Origin: an uncultured Chloroflexia bacterium | GTDB taxonomy: Bacteria > Chloroflexota > Limnocylindria > Limnocylindrales > CSP1-4 | Length of the DNA stretch: 64,000 nt | Direction of reading: 5' to 3' | Assembly (NCBI GenBank): GCA_963728605.1 | Contig: CAVSKS010000008.1 | Coordinates: 43,329 to 107,328, forward strand | Shown here: one piece after another, positions 1-9,237 of the stretch | How positions within the stretch are numbered: the first letter of the stretch is position 1 | Layout: each line of letters starts with the position of its first letter | Notes under the pieces: generated by a model | The model's input: the letters and a program-made list of their open reading frames with translations, nothing else | What the model was told of the DNA's origin: nothing | The model's database searches: none | Translations under genes and position numbers: made by a program

Positions 1-1
1 G

Positions 2-442
2 TTCGGTGCCCGTTTCTCGCGTCGCGTCCTGACCCCGTCCGAGCAGCGCTACGTGCGGGACCGGCCGGAGACGATGGCCGGCCGCTGGGCGGCCAAGGAG
101 GCGGTCTCGAAGGTTCTCGGCCTGGGCGTCCGGGGCATCGGCTGGCGCGACATCGAGATCGAGCGACTTCCGACCGGCCAGCCCGCCGTCCGGCTCCACG
201 GCCGGGCCGAGCGCCGGGCGGAGCAACTGGGCATGGGCCGGGTGGCGATCTCGATCAGCCACGAGGCCGACTACGCGGTGGCGATCGCCTTCGGCATCCG
301 AACCGCCGGCGGCCGGTTTCTCTTCCCGCCCGACATCGAGGAGCGGCTCGACGACCGGGAGCGGCGGATCCTGGCCCGGCTCGAGCGACTGGCCGCCCTC
401 CACCAGGCGAGCGTCGCCGACGAGGGGGAGGGTCCCCGGTGA
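2..442 (+). CDS. acpS: holo-[acyl-carrier-protein] synthase, 5' end outside the window
   Basis: The reading frame is open from position 2. GRWAAKEAVSKVLG and ISISHEADYAVA motifs are typical of AcpS-type phosphopantetheinyl transferases. The stop overlaps the next start (GTGA at 439-442). Confidence 0.85.
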   Translation, partial: FGARFSRRVLTPSEQRYVRDRPETMAGRWAAKEAVSKVLGLGVRGIGWRDIEIERLPTGQPAVRLHGRAERRAEQLGMGRVAISISHEADYAVAIAFGIRTAGGRFLFPPDIEERLDDRERRILARLERLAALHQASVADEGEGPR

Positions 443-1491
443 GCGACCGGCCGCTGGGCTTCGGCCGCACCCCGGGCGCGAGCACCGCCGTCCTGGCCGA
501 AGGCGCCGTCGAGCTCGACGACGACCTGGCCGCCATGCTCCTGCCCGAACGGCCGGCTCGCGGTCACAAGGGCACGTTCGGCAAGGTCCTCGCGATCTGC
601 GGGTCACTCGATTACGCGGGGGCGGCACTGCTCGTCTGCCGGGCCGCCGGCCGGGCCGGTGCGGGGCTCGTGACGCTGGCGGTGCCGGAGTCGCTCCAGC
701 CGCTCTTCGCGGCCAAGGTCGTCGAGGCGACGACCATGGCCCTGCCCGAGGACGACGTCGAGGAGATCGAGCCGGAGGAGGCCCTCGCCCGGATCCTCGA
801 CCACGAACACGACGCGATCGTGCTCGGCCCAGGGCTCCGGCCGGGCCTCGCGACGACGGAGCTGGTTCGGGCCCTGCTCGGCGTCCCGGAGGAGCCCGTC
901 CCTGCCCCGATCGTCCTCGACGCGGAGGCACTCCGGGCCCTGGCCACGATCGACGGCTGGTGGGAGGGGATCCATCGGGCGGCGGTCCTGACACCGCACT
1001 CGGGCGAGTTCGTCCGCCTCCGGACCGGCAGTGGGATCGACCCCCAGGCCGATGGCGATCTCGCAGCCGACGATGCCGCGCGGGCGACCGCGGCCAGGTC
1101 CGCCGCCACGGCCTGGAACCAGGTGATCGTGCTCAAGGGCGCCCGGACCGTGGTCGCCGCGCCGGACGGTTCGCTGGCGGTCGCCCCGTTCGAGAACCCG
1201 GCACTCGCGACGGGCGGGACCGGCGACGTGCTGGCCGGCGTCATCGGCAGCCTCCTCGCCCAGGGCCTCGCCCCGTTCGATGCCGCGAGGCTGGGCGTCT
1301 ATCTCCACGGGCTGGCCGGCGAGACGGTCCGCGAACGCCTGGGCGACGCGGGCCTCCTGGCCTCGGACCTGTCCGACCCGATCGCGGTCGCCCGCCGGCG
1401 GCTGGCCCAGCTCGCCGAACGGCGGAAGGGCGGCAAGCGGCTCGGGTTCGGGCCGCGCGATGGCGCGGGGCCACCCGCCGAACCCTCCTGA
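439..1491 (+). CDS. nnrD: ADP-dependent NAD(P)H-hydrate dehydratase (YjeF C-terminal family)
   Basis: HKGTFGKVLAICGS, TPHSGEF and GGTGDVLAG motifs of the carbohydrate-kinase-like NnrD fold. Confidence 0.85.
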   Translation: MSDRPLGFGRTPGASTAVLAEGAVELDDDLAAMLLPERPARGHKGTFGKVLAICGSLDYAGAALLVCRAAGRAGAGLVTLAVPESLQPLFAAKVVEATTMALPEDDVEEIEPEEALARILDHEHDAIVLGPGLRPGLATTELVRALLGVPEEPVPAPIVLDAEALRALATIDGWWEGIHRAAVLTPHSGEFVRLRTGSGIDPQADGDLAADDAARATAARSAATAWNQVIVLKGARTVVAAPDGSLAVAPFENPALATGGTGDVLAGVIGSLLAQGLAPFDAARLGVYLHGLAGETVRERLGDAGLLASDLSDPIAVARRRLAQLAERRKGGKRLGFGPRDGAGPPAEPS

Positions 1492-1559
1492 GCGCAACCT
1501 CGGGATCCGGGCCGAAGCCACGGATCGACGACCTCCTGGCCGACGCGGGCCTGCCCCCT

Positions 1560-2795
1560 TTGCCGCGCACCGCGTGGCTGGAGATCGACGCCGACGCCGT
1601 GCGCTGGAACCTCTCGCAGATCCGTTTGGTCGCGGGCCCAGGCGTGCGGGTCGAGCCGGTCGTCAAGGCCGACGCCTACGGGCACGGCATGGTCCCGGTC
1701 GCGATGATCCTCGAAGGGGCCGGCGCCGATGGTCTGTCCGTCGCCACGTTCGACGAGGCCGCGGCGCTCCGCGAGGCCGGCGTCACGCTGCCGATCCTCG
1801 TCCTGTACCCCATCCCGCCGGAGCTGGGTCCCGAGGCGGCCCGTTTCGAAATCTCCGTGTCGGTGGGCGACGGTGAGCTGCTCGAGCGCCTGGCCGCGGT
1901 GATGGCGGGCTCGGATGGCCCCGACCTCGGCGTCCAGCTCGAGATCGAGACGGGACTCGGGCGCGGGGGCGTCGACGCCAATGACGCGGCCGCCCTCGCA
2001 GCGCGGTTGCGGACGACCTCGGGCCTGCGGCTGCTGGGCGTCTGGTCGCACCTGCAGGCGCCGGAGGATGGATCCCGGACCGCCGCCCAGGAACGGCTCT
2101 TCGAGACTGCCACGGATGCGGTGGCGGCGGGCGATGCGGTCCCTCGGCATGTCGCGGCCAGCGGCGGCCTGATGACGGGAACGCCGGTCTACGAGGCCGT
2201 CCGGCCGGGACTCACGATCTACGGGCTTCAGCCCGACGAGTTCCTGGGCGTCGACCCAGCACGTCCGCTCGACCTGCGGCCGGCGATGTCCCTCCGCGCC
2301 CGGCCGGTCCGGGTCGCCGACCTGCCGGCGGGTTGGGGGATCTCGTACGGCCCGACGTTCGTGACCCGGCGTCCCAGCCGAATCGCGACCCTGCCGCTCG
2401 GGTACGGCGACGGCTGGCCACGGGCGCTCTCCAATCGGGCGGAGGCGCTCGTCCGGGGCCGCCGCGTCCCGATCGTGGGCAACGTCGCGATGGACGCCGT
2501 GATGGTCGACATCACCGAGGCCGCGCGATCCGGGGAACCGCCGATCGGGGTCGACGACGTATTCACGCTGATCGGCGAGGATGGCGACGAGCGAATCACC
2601 GCCCACGACGTGGCGCGATCACGCACCACCAACTCGTGGGAGGTCGTGACCACCATGGCTCGGCGTCTGCCCCGGGTGTACCATGCGGCGGCCAGAGCGG
2701 TGGGCTTGCGCTCGCTCACCGCCATGGAGGGCGCTTGGCACGGATCGAACTCTGGAACGGGGATATCTGCGACCTCGAGGTCGACGCGATCGTGA
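1560..2795 (+). CDS. alr: alanine racemase
   Basis: VVKADAYGHG PLP-lysine motif and full-length alanine racemase-like sequence inside ORF 960..2795. There is no ATG near the N-terminus. TTG at 1560 is a best-guess start. Confidence 0.8.
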   Translation: MPRTAWLEIDADAVRWNLSQIRLVAGPGVRVEPVVKADAYGHGMVPVAMILEGAGADGLSVATFDEAAALREAGVTLPILVLYPIPPELGPEAARFEISVSVGDGELLERLAAVMAGSDGPDLGVQLEIETGLGRGGVDANDAAALAARLRTTSGLRLLGVWSHLQAPEDGSRTAAQERLFETATDAVAAGDAVPRHVAASGGLMTGTPVYEAVRPGLTIYGLQPDEFLGVDPARPLDLRPAMSLRARPVRVADLPAGWGISYGPTFVTRRPSRIATLPLGYGDGWPRALSNRAEALVRGRRVPIVGNVAMDAVMVDITEAARSGEPPIGVDDVFTLIGEDGDERITAHDVARSRTTNSWEVVTTMARRLPRVYHAAARAVGLRSLTAMEGAWHGSNSGTGISATSRSTRS

Positions 2796-3295
2796 ATGCG
2801 GCGAACCTGTCGCTGTGGATGGCAACCGGCGTCGGCGGGGCGATCAAGCGCGCCGGGGGCGATGAGATCGAGTTCGCCGCGGTTCGGCAGGGCCCCGTCC
2901 CGCTTGGTGGCGCCGTCGTGACGCCGGCCGGCCGGCTCGCCGCGCGGGCGGTGATTCACGCGGTCTCGCTCGATCGTGACCGGCGGACCAGCGGGCCGAT
3001 CATCGAGGCGGCCGTCCGCAGCGCGATGAGCCGGGCTCGCGAGATCGAGGCGACGAGCATCGCCTTCCCGGCCCTCGGCACCGGCGTGGGCGGGTACCCT
3101 ATCGAAGAGGCGGCCCGGATCACGGTCGAGACAGTCCGTGACGAGCTCCAGAACTCACCGTCGATCCAGCACGTGATCTTCGCCTTGCGGGGCGGGACCG
3201 CCTACGAGGCGTTCCAGCTCGAGCTCTCGCGGGAGGCGGCCCGCCAGGCAGCCGCTCCCGGTGAAGCGCCGCAGTCGACGGAGGGCAGTCGATGA
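2735..3295 (+). CDS. MacroD/YmdB-type macro domain protein (ADP-ribose / O-acetyl-ADP-ribose hydrolase family)
   Basis: GDICDLEVDAIVNAAN, GGVGGAI-like and AFPALGTGVGGYP motifs. TTG 2735 is preceded by GGAGGG. It overlaps the alr 3' end. Confidence 0.8.
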   Translation: MARIELWNGDICDLEVDAIVNAANLSLWMATGVGGAIKRAGGDEIEFAAVRQGPVPLGGAVVTPAGRLAARAVIHAVSLDRDRRTSGPIIEAAVRSAMSRAREIEATSIAFPALGTGVGGYPIEEAARITVETVRDELQNSPSIQHVIFALRGGTAYEAFQLELSREAARQAAAPGEAPQSTEGSR

Positions 3296-3582
3296 GCATG
3301 CCCCTCGAGCCCACCGACGAGCAGCGCGACGAGCTCGTCGAGCAGGTCGCCCGGGAGATCCAGATCCGGGGCCTGACGACGCCGGCGGTCCACTTCCTGC
3401 AGGCCAGCCGGCCGTACCGTCCGCTCGGCGCCAACGCGATGCTGTTCTTCGATCCGGTGCTGCGCGGGCTGTTCGGCGGCGAACTGGCAGGCGCCAGCGC
3501 GATCCTGGCCGACGAGGCGGGGATCGAACTGCTCATCGCTCGACTCGAAGAGCTCGACGAAGAGATCACCTGGGACGCCTAG
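3292..3582 (+). CDS. hypothetical 96-aa acidic protein
   Basis: The ATG overlaps the macro-domain stop (ATGA at 3292-3295). No recognisable motif. Confidence 0.5.
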   Translation: MSMPLEPTDEQRDELVEQVAREIQIRGLTTPAVHFLQASRPYRPLGANAMLFFDPVLRGLFGGELAGASAILADEAGIELLIARLEELDEEITWDA

Positions 3583-3670
3583 GGGGAGTGGCACTCCCTC
3601 TGGGCCGGCGCGACTGGGTACTTGGTGCTGGCAGGGCCCGGAAGGGGCCTCCACTGAGTAGGATTCGACG

Positions 3671-5287
3671 GTGACGCATTCGCCGGGGGCGTTCTTCGCC
3701 CTCGACCTCGGGGCTGCCACCAGCTCGGCCGCCCTCGTCGGTCGGGTGGCCGGCCACTGGCGTCTCGTCGGGTCCCTCGCCTTTCCCGCCGCGATCCCCG
3801 AAGACGCCATCGTCAACCAGCTCGTGGCACGGCTGCGTGCCACGGACCCCGCGTTGGCCCTTGAGCTCGGGATCACGGGCGGCGGGGACGGCGGGACCAC
3901 CGACTGGGCGCGGCTCACCGCGCGGTCCACACGGCCCGCCGGCCTCGCGGTCCTGGCCGTTTCGGAGCGGTCGCTGGGCTCCCTGGTCCGGGTCGCCGAG
4001 GGAACCGGCTGGCGCGTCCGACCGGCCAGCGCGGAGCGGATGGACCCGCTGACGATGACCCGCCAGCTGCTCGATCGGGAGCTGGTTGCGGTCCTCCTCG
4101 GCGCGGGCGACCCGCCGGGCGCCGACGAGCGCAACGGACTGGGCGATCTCGCCGCCCTGGTCGCCGCCGTCGCCAGCCGCCGGCCGGAGCTGCACGTCGT
4201 GCTGGCCGGCGCGATGGCGGAGCAGCTGCCTCGGTTCGAATCGTCGGACGGCCGGCCGGGCGACGTCCTCCTCGGCCTGGCCGCCAGCCACGGCACGCCG
4301 CCCGGCGCCGCCCTCCGTGAGCTCCTCGATCGGCTGCGGCGGGAGGCCGACGACGCCAGGGCGGCCACGATCCGGTCGGCCGGGTCGCTCGCCGAGGTGC
4401 TCGGCCGGCGGGTCGAGGTGGTCGACATCGGCATCGACGCCGGACTACGCGTCCTGGCCACGCCCGCCGGTCCGGACCGCCCGCCCGAGGCCGCCTGGGC
4501 GGTCGTCGCCCGCGCCGGGCTCGTGCCCGAGGACCCCGACGAGCTGGTCGTCGACGCCGCCCTCCGCTGGACGACCCAGGTGATCGACCGCCACCGGATG
4601 CGCGACCGGCTGCGGGAGCTTCGCCTGGCACCCTGGTCGGACGTGGCCGGTGAGGGCGCGCCGTTCCGGCTGACCGCCGCGAGGGCGGCACTGGCGCGGC
4701 TCGTCGAAGCCACGCCGGAAATCGACGCCCTCCCGCCGGCTGACCTGCTGATCGTCTGTGGCGGGGCCTGGGCAGTCGCCCCCGGTCCGGCCATCGCCCT
4801 GGCGGTCGCCGATGTCATCCGTCGGCCGGGTGTCACCCAGATCTGCTTCGACCATGCCCGGATGCTCGCGCCGCTCGGCGCGATCGAGAGCGCGTCCGAG
4901 CGCCAGGTCATGCTCGCCGACCTCGCCGACGACCTGCTCGCCCCGCTCGGCACGGTGGTCATGCCGGCCGGCCTGCGTGGTGGCCGGAGCGACGGCCGGC
5001 TCGTGGTCCACGGCGCCACGGGTGCGTCGGAACTGGACCTGGTGGCCGGTGGCCTCGAGCTGGTCGACCTGCCACCGGGCGAGAGCGCGGTCGCCGAGTT
5101 CCAGTTCCGCGACGCCGTCCGGCTCGGGACGCGGGGCCGGCACTTCGCGGTCGACGTCGCCGGCGGTCTCGGCGGGCTGCTGGTCGACCTGCGCGACGTG
5201 CCGCTGCGCCTGCCGGAACGCGCCGAGCGCCGGCGCGAGCTGTTGGCCGAGTGGCAATCGGCGCTGTGGGCCGGGAGCGACGCGTGA
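3671..5287 (+). CDS. hypothetical protein, possible ASKHA (actin-like ATPase) fold, GlmL/MutL-like
   Basis: N-terminal FALDLGAATSSAALVG (phosphate-1-like), VDIGIDAGLRV (phosphate-2-like) and LIVCGGAWAVAPGP (adenosine-motif-like). The assignment is from motif pattern only. Confidence 0.55.
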   Translation: MTHSPGAFFALDLGAATSSAALVGRVAGHWRLVGSLAFPAAIPEDAIVNQLVARLRATDPALALELGITGGGDGGTTDWARLTARSTRPAGLAVLAVSERSLGSLVRVAEGTGWRVRPASAERMDPLTMTRQLLDRELVAVLLGAGDPPGADERNGLGDLAALVAAVASRRPELHVVLAGAMAEQLPRFESSDGRPGDVLLGLAASHGTPPGAALRELLDRLRREADDARAATIRSAGSLAEVLGRRVEVVDIGIDAGLRVLATPAGPDRPPEAAWAVVARAGLVPEDPDELVVDAALRWTTQVIDRHRMRDRLRELRLAPWSDVAGEGAPFRLTAARAALARLVEATPEIDALPPADLLIVCGGAWAVAPGPAIALAVADVIRRPGVTQICFDHARMLAPLGAIESASERQVMLADLADDLLAPLGTVVMPAGLRGGRSDGRLVVHGATGASELDLVAGGLELVDLPPGESAVAEFQFRDAVRLGTRGRHFAVDVAGGLGGLLVDLRDVPLRLPERAERRRELLAEWQSALWAGSDA

Positions 5288-6345
5288 GATCGACGATCCA
5301 CGAGACGGCCGCCCAACGCCCGGGGAGTGGTCGGCCCGCCACCAGAGGCGGGCCGGTCGCGCCGGGCCTCGACCTCGTCGCCGTCCGGCCGATGCTCGTC
5401 CGCGGACTCGAGGTCTCGCTCCCGCTGGGCCTCGGCGACCGTGCCCTGGTGCAGCCCGGCAATTCCGTGCTGCCGGGCGTCTCGATCGCCGATCACCTCC
5501 GGGATTCGCGCCTCGTCGAGGTGGCCCTCGAGGGCGCCAACCGCCCCGGCGAGCGCTGGTCGTCGGACGCGATGCCTCCGGGAAGCGGTCGGAGCGGGCC
5601 GGAAGGCGAGTTGCTGTTCGAGACCGGCGGTCGCTGGCGGATCGCGGCCGGCGAGCACCGGGAGCCGCTCGAATCGCCGATCGCCGGGATCGTCCGGGAG
5701 GTGCGGCCAGGCCAACAGATCCGGCTCCAGGTTCGCGGCGCCGTGATTTCCGGTGCAGTGACCCTCGGCGGCGGTGCCCGCGGACGGCTCGAGATCGCGA
5801 CCGACGCCGACGGCGAGGTCGTCCCCCGGGCGCTCGACGTGGGATCGGCCGGGGCGATCCTCGTGGTCGGTGCCCGGATCGACGCGGAGGCGCTCACCCG
5901 CGCCCGGGCGATGGGCGTGCGGGGCATCGTCGTGGCGACCCTGCCGAGCAAGGACCGGCGCGACTTCCTCGCCTCCGAGGCTCGCCAGCGGGCCGCTCTC
6001 CACCGCCTGCCGCCCTACGGTGTCCTCGTCCTCCACGGCGTGAGCCGGCGGCCGATCGCGAGTCCGCTGATGCGGCTGTTCGAGGCCCTCGCCGGTCGCG
6101 AGGTGGCGATCGTCGTCAACCCACCGGGCCTGGTCTTCGATCCCGAGGACGTTCGCCTGCCGATCGAGCCGCCAGACGAGGTCCACGTGCGGAGCGGGCC
6201 GCTGACGGGCCAGTCCGGGCAGTGGGCGGGTCTCGGCGGGCTTCGGCGGTTCGCGAGCGGGACGCACCTCGAGGCCGGGCTCGTCCAAATCGGCAGTGGC
6301 CCCCCGGTGGCCGTCCCGTTGGGCGACCTCGAACGGTTCTCCTGA
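5284..6345 (+). CDS. hypothetical protein with a barrel-sandwich-hybrid-like segment and a C-terminal KOW-like segment
   Basis: The GTG overlaps the upstream stop (GTGA at 5284-5287). SPIAGIVREVRPGQQI resembles lipoyl/hybrid motifs. VRSGPLTGQSGQWAGL...VAVPLGDLERF resembles a KOW motif. Confidence 0.55.
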   Translation: MRSTIHETAAQRPGSGRPATRGGPVAPGLDLVAVRPMLVRGLEVSLPLGLGDRALVQPGNSVLPGVSIADHLRDSRLVEVALEGANRPGERWSSDAMPPGSGRSGPEGELLFETGGRWRIAAGEHREPLESPIAGIVREVRPGQQIRLQVRGAVISGAVTLGGGARGRLEIATDADGEVVPRALDVGSAGAILVVGARIDAEALTRARAMGVRGIVVATLPSKDRRDFLASEARQRAALHRLPPYGVLVLHGVSRRPIASPLMRLFEALAGREVAIVVNPPGLVFDPEDVRLPIEPPDEVHVRSGPLTGQSGQWAGLGGLRRFASGTHLEAGLVQIGSGPPVAVPLGDLERFS

Positions 6346-6396
6346 CGCCCGTCCGGCCGGGAACGGCCGACGCGTGACTCCGCTACCCTCCGGCGC

Positions 6397-6870
6397 ATGC
6401 CCACCCGCTCGACCACGGAGCGCAGCCTCGTCAGCGACGACCCCGAGACCACGCAGGCCATCGGGCGTCGTCTTGCCGGCGCGGCCGTGGCGGGCGACCT
6501 CGTCTGCCTGTGGGGCGCCCTCGGCGCGGGCAAGACCCAGCTGGCCAAGGGATTCGGGGCGGGCCTCGGCGTCAGCGACACGGTCAATTCGCCCAGCTTC
6601 ATCCTGATGAACGAATACCAGGGCCGGCTGCCGTTCTTCCACGTCGACCTGTACCGGCTGGCCGGACCCGAGGAGGCGATCGGCGGTGGCATCCTCGACG
6701 ACCGCCAGTCGGCGGGTGTCACCGTCATCGAGTGGCCGGAGCGGCTGGCGGAGGCGCTGCCGGAACGACGGCTGGACGTGGTCATCGACGGCGACGGTGA
6801 GAAGCCGCGGACGGTGCGTGTCCGGGCGCATGGCGATGGCCTGGGGCGGTACCTGGAGGCGCTGGGATGA
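6397..6870 (+). CDS. tsaE: tRNA t6A37 biosynthesis ATPase TsaE
   Basis: P-loop GALGAGKT, then SPSF.L..EY and HVDLYRL motifs. Confidence 0.85.
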   Translation: MPTRSTTERSLVSDDPETTQAIGRRLAGAAVAGDLVCLWGALGAGKTQLAKGFGAGLGVSDTVNSPSFILMNEYQGRLPFFHVDLYRLAGPEEAIGGGILDDRQSAGVTVIEWPERLAEALPERRLDVVIDGDGEKPRTVRVRAHGDGLGRYLEALG

Positions 6871-7586
6871 CCGGCGATCGCCGTGCTTCCACCCATGACG
6901 GACGACGGCGGGCGATCCTGGCGATCGATACGGCCACCAGCCGTGTGGTCGTGGCACTCGGGTCGCTGGACGGCGACGCGATCGGCCTCAGCTACTGGGC
7001 CGCGGGCCAGCGGCACGGCGAACAGCTCCTGCCCTCGATCGGCCGGCTGCTGGGCGAGAGCAACGTCCGGCGCTCGCGGCTCGAGGCGATCGTGGTCGGG
7101 ACGGGACCGGGAGCGTTCACCGGGCTCCGGGTCGGGCTCGCGACGGCCAAGGGCCTGGCCCACGGACTGGGCATCCCGATCGTCGGCATCGCCACGACCG
7201 ATGCCCTCCGGGCGGCGGCCGCGTTCGTGCTCGGAGTGCCGCCGGAGCGGCTCGTGATCCTGCAGCCCGCGGGGCCGTCGGACCGGGTGATGTCAGTCGC
7301 CGGCGAACCGCCACGCCGGTTGCCCGGTGGGACCGAGCCCGACCTCCCCGACGGCGTCAACGTCGTCGCCGTCGACCTGGCCGACCGCGCGCCGGCCGAC
7401 GCGATCGCCCGCGGCGAGGTGGCCCACGAGCGGCTGGGTGACGAGCTTCTTCGCCTTGGCGCGGCGCGACTGGCGGCCGGCGACGTCGACGACCTGGCCG
7501 AGCTCGTTCCCGAATACGTGACCCTGCCGCGCGGCGTCACGACGGCACCCGCCGGGGAGGTCGCGTGGTCGCGCGCCCACCGGTGA
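6867..7586 (+). CDS. tsaB: tRNA t6A37 biosynthesis protein TsaB
   Basis: ILAIDTATS and GPGAFTGLRVGLATAKGLA motifs. ATGA overlap with tsaE. Confidence 0.85.
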   Translation: MTGDRRASTHDGRRRAILAIDTATSRVVVALGSLDGDAIGLSYWAAGQRHGEQLLPSIGRLLGESNVRRSRLEAIVVGTGPGAFTGLRVGLATAKGLAHGLGIPIVGIATTDALRAAAAFVLGVPPERLVILQPAGPSDRVMSVAGEPPRRLPGGTEPDLPDGVNVVAVDLADRAPADAIARGEVAHERLGDELLRLGAARLAAGDVDDLAELVPEYVTLPRGVTTAPAGEVAWSRAHR

Positions 7587-8182
7587 AGGTCCGCATCGAG
7601 CCGATGCGCCTCGACGACGTGCCGGCCGTCCAGGGGATCGAGCAGGCGAGCTTCACCACGCCGTGGCCGCCCCACGCCTACCGCAACGAGCTGGAGTCGA
7701 ACCGCCTGGCCACGTACCTGGTTGCGCGCATCGAGGACGAGGTCGTCGGCTATGCCGGCGTGTGGTTGATGGTCGACGAGGCCCACATCACCACGTTCGC
7801 CGTCGATCCCCGGTGGCGGCGCCAGCGGATCGGCGAGCGGCTCCTCGTGGCGGTGCTCGACGTGGCCCGCCAGCGTCGCGCCCGCGAGGCGACGCTCGAG
7901 GTCCGGCTGTCGAACCTGCCGGCTCGGCGGCTGTACGAGAAGTACGGCTTCAAGCCGGTCGGGCTGCGGCCGCACTACTACAGCGACGACCGCGAGGACG
8001 CGCTGGTGATGACCACCGATCCGCTATCGGAGCGGTCGATGACGGATCGCATCGCGCGCCTGCGCGCCGCGCTCGATTCTGCCGATGCGCCGACCGGCCC
8101 GGCCGAGCCGGCCGCCGACGCCGCGGCCACCGAGCCGACGGGTCGGACCGAGCCGCCCGTCGACGGCGGACCCGCCGAATGA
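7583..8182 (+). CDS. rimI: ribosomal-protein-alanine N-acetyltransferase (GNAT)
   Basis: GNAT core VDPRWRRQRIGERLL and RRLYEKYGF. GTG 7583 gives a GTGA overlap with the tsaB stop. The ORF track start at 7565 is the alternative. Confidence 0.85.
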   Translation: MKVRIEPMRLDDVPAVQGIEQASFTTPWPPHAYRNELESNRLATYLVARIEDEVVGYAGVWLMVDEAHITTFAVDPRWRRQRIGERLLVAVLDVARQRRAREATLEVRLSNLPARRLYEKYGFKPVGLRPHYYSDDREDALVMTTDPLSERSMTDRIARLRAALDSADAPTGPAEPAADAAATEPTGRTEPPVDGGPAE

Positions 8183-9237
8183 GCGGTCAGCTGGTCCTCG
8201 CGGTCGAGTCGTCCTGCGACGAGACGTCCATCGCCGTGGTCGAGGATGGTCGTCGCATCCATGCCAACGTCGTCGCCAGCCAGGTCGCCCTCCACGCCCC
8301 GACGGGCGGGATCGTGCCGGAAGTCGCCGCGCGAGCCCACGTCCGCTGGATCGTGCCGGTCCTCGACGAGGCCTGGTCGGCGGCCGGGATCGGCTGGAAC
8401 GACGTGTCGGCGGTCGCGGTGACGTACGGGCCGGGGCTCGCCGGATCGCTGCTGGTCGGGATCAACTTCGCCAAGACGCTGGCCTGGGTCCACGACAAGC
8501 CGCTCGTCGGGGTCAATCACCTCGAGGGCCATGTCTATGCCGGCTGGCTGCTGGATCCGGGCGAAGCCGAGCGCGAGGCGCCGGCATTCCCGCTCGTCGC
8601 CCTGGTGGTCTCCGGTGGACACACCTTCCTCGTCGAGATGCGCGATCACCTGACCTACCGGCTCCTCGGCCAGACGGTCGACGACGCCGCCGGCGAGGCG
8701 TTCGACAAGGTGGGCCGGCTGCTGGGGCTCGACTATCCCGGCGGGCCGGCGATCCAGCGGGCCGCCAGCGACGCCGTCCGTCGCGACGTCGTCTTCCCGC
8801 GCGCCTGGCTCGGCGACTCGTACGACTTCTCGTTTTCCGGTCTCAAGACCGCCGCCCGCCGGATCGTCGACGCCGCCCGGGCCGATGCCGGCCTGGGCGC
8901 GGACGACGGTCCGCTGCCCGCGGCCGTGGTCGCGGAGCTGGCGTGGGGCTTCCAGGACGCCGTCGTCGACGTCCTCGCCACCAAGACCCTTCGCGCCGCC
9001 GGGCGGACCGGCGCCCGGGGGATCCTCGTCGGTGGCGGTGTCGCCGCCAACGCCGCCCTGCGGGCCCGGCTCGCGGCGGAAGCCGAGGCCCGGTCGTTGC
9101 CGCTGGTGGTGCCCAGGCCCGGGCTGTGCACCGACAACGGGGCGATGATCGGCGCTGCCGGCGCCCGCCGGTTCGCCGCTGGCGATCGGGCGGCGCTCGA
9201 CCTCGACGCGCGGCCGTCGCTCCCGCTCGCGCGATGA
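8179..9237 (+). CDS. tsaD: tRNA N6-adenosine threonylcarbamoyltransferase TsaD
   Basis: ESSCDETS, GVNHLEGH and CTDNGAMI motifs. ATGA overlap with rimI. Confidence 0.9.
   Translation: MSGQLVLAVESSCDETSIAVVEDGRRIHANVVASQVALHAPTGGIVPEVAARAHVRWIVPVLDEAWSAAGIGWNDVSAVAVTYGPGLAGSLLVGINFAKTLAWVHDKPLVGVNHLEGHVYAGWLLDPGEAEREAPAFPLVALVVSGGHTFLVEMRDHLTYRLLGQTVDDAAGEAFDKVGRLLGLDYPGGPAIQRAASDAVRRDVVFPRAWLGDSYDFSFSGLKTAARRIVDAARADAGLGADDGPLPAAVVAELAWGFQDAVVDVLATKTLRAAGRTGARGILVGGGVAANAALRARLAAEAEARSLPLVVPRPGLCTDNGAMIGAAGARRFAAGDRAALDLDARPSLPLAR

Noticed and set aside
3202-6957. 1251-aa ORF on the minus strand, the longest in the track
   Set aside because: It runs antisense across five plus-strand genes with clear family motifs or coupling. 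It is Arg/Pro/Ala/Ser-rich with no motifs. This is the typical stop-codon-poor antisense frame of a ~70% GC genome.
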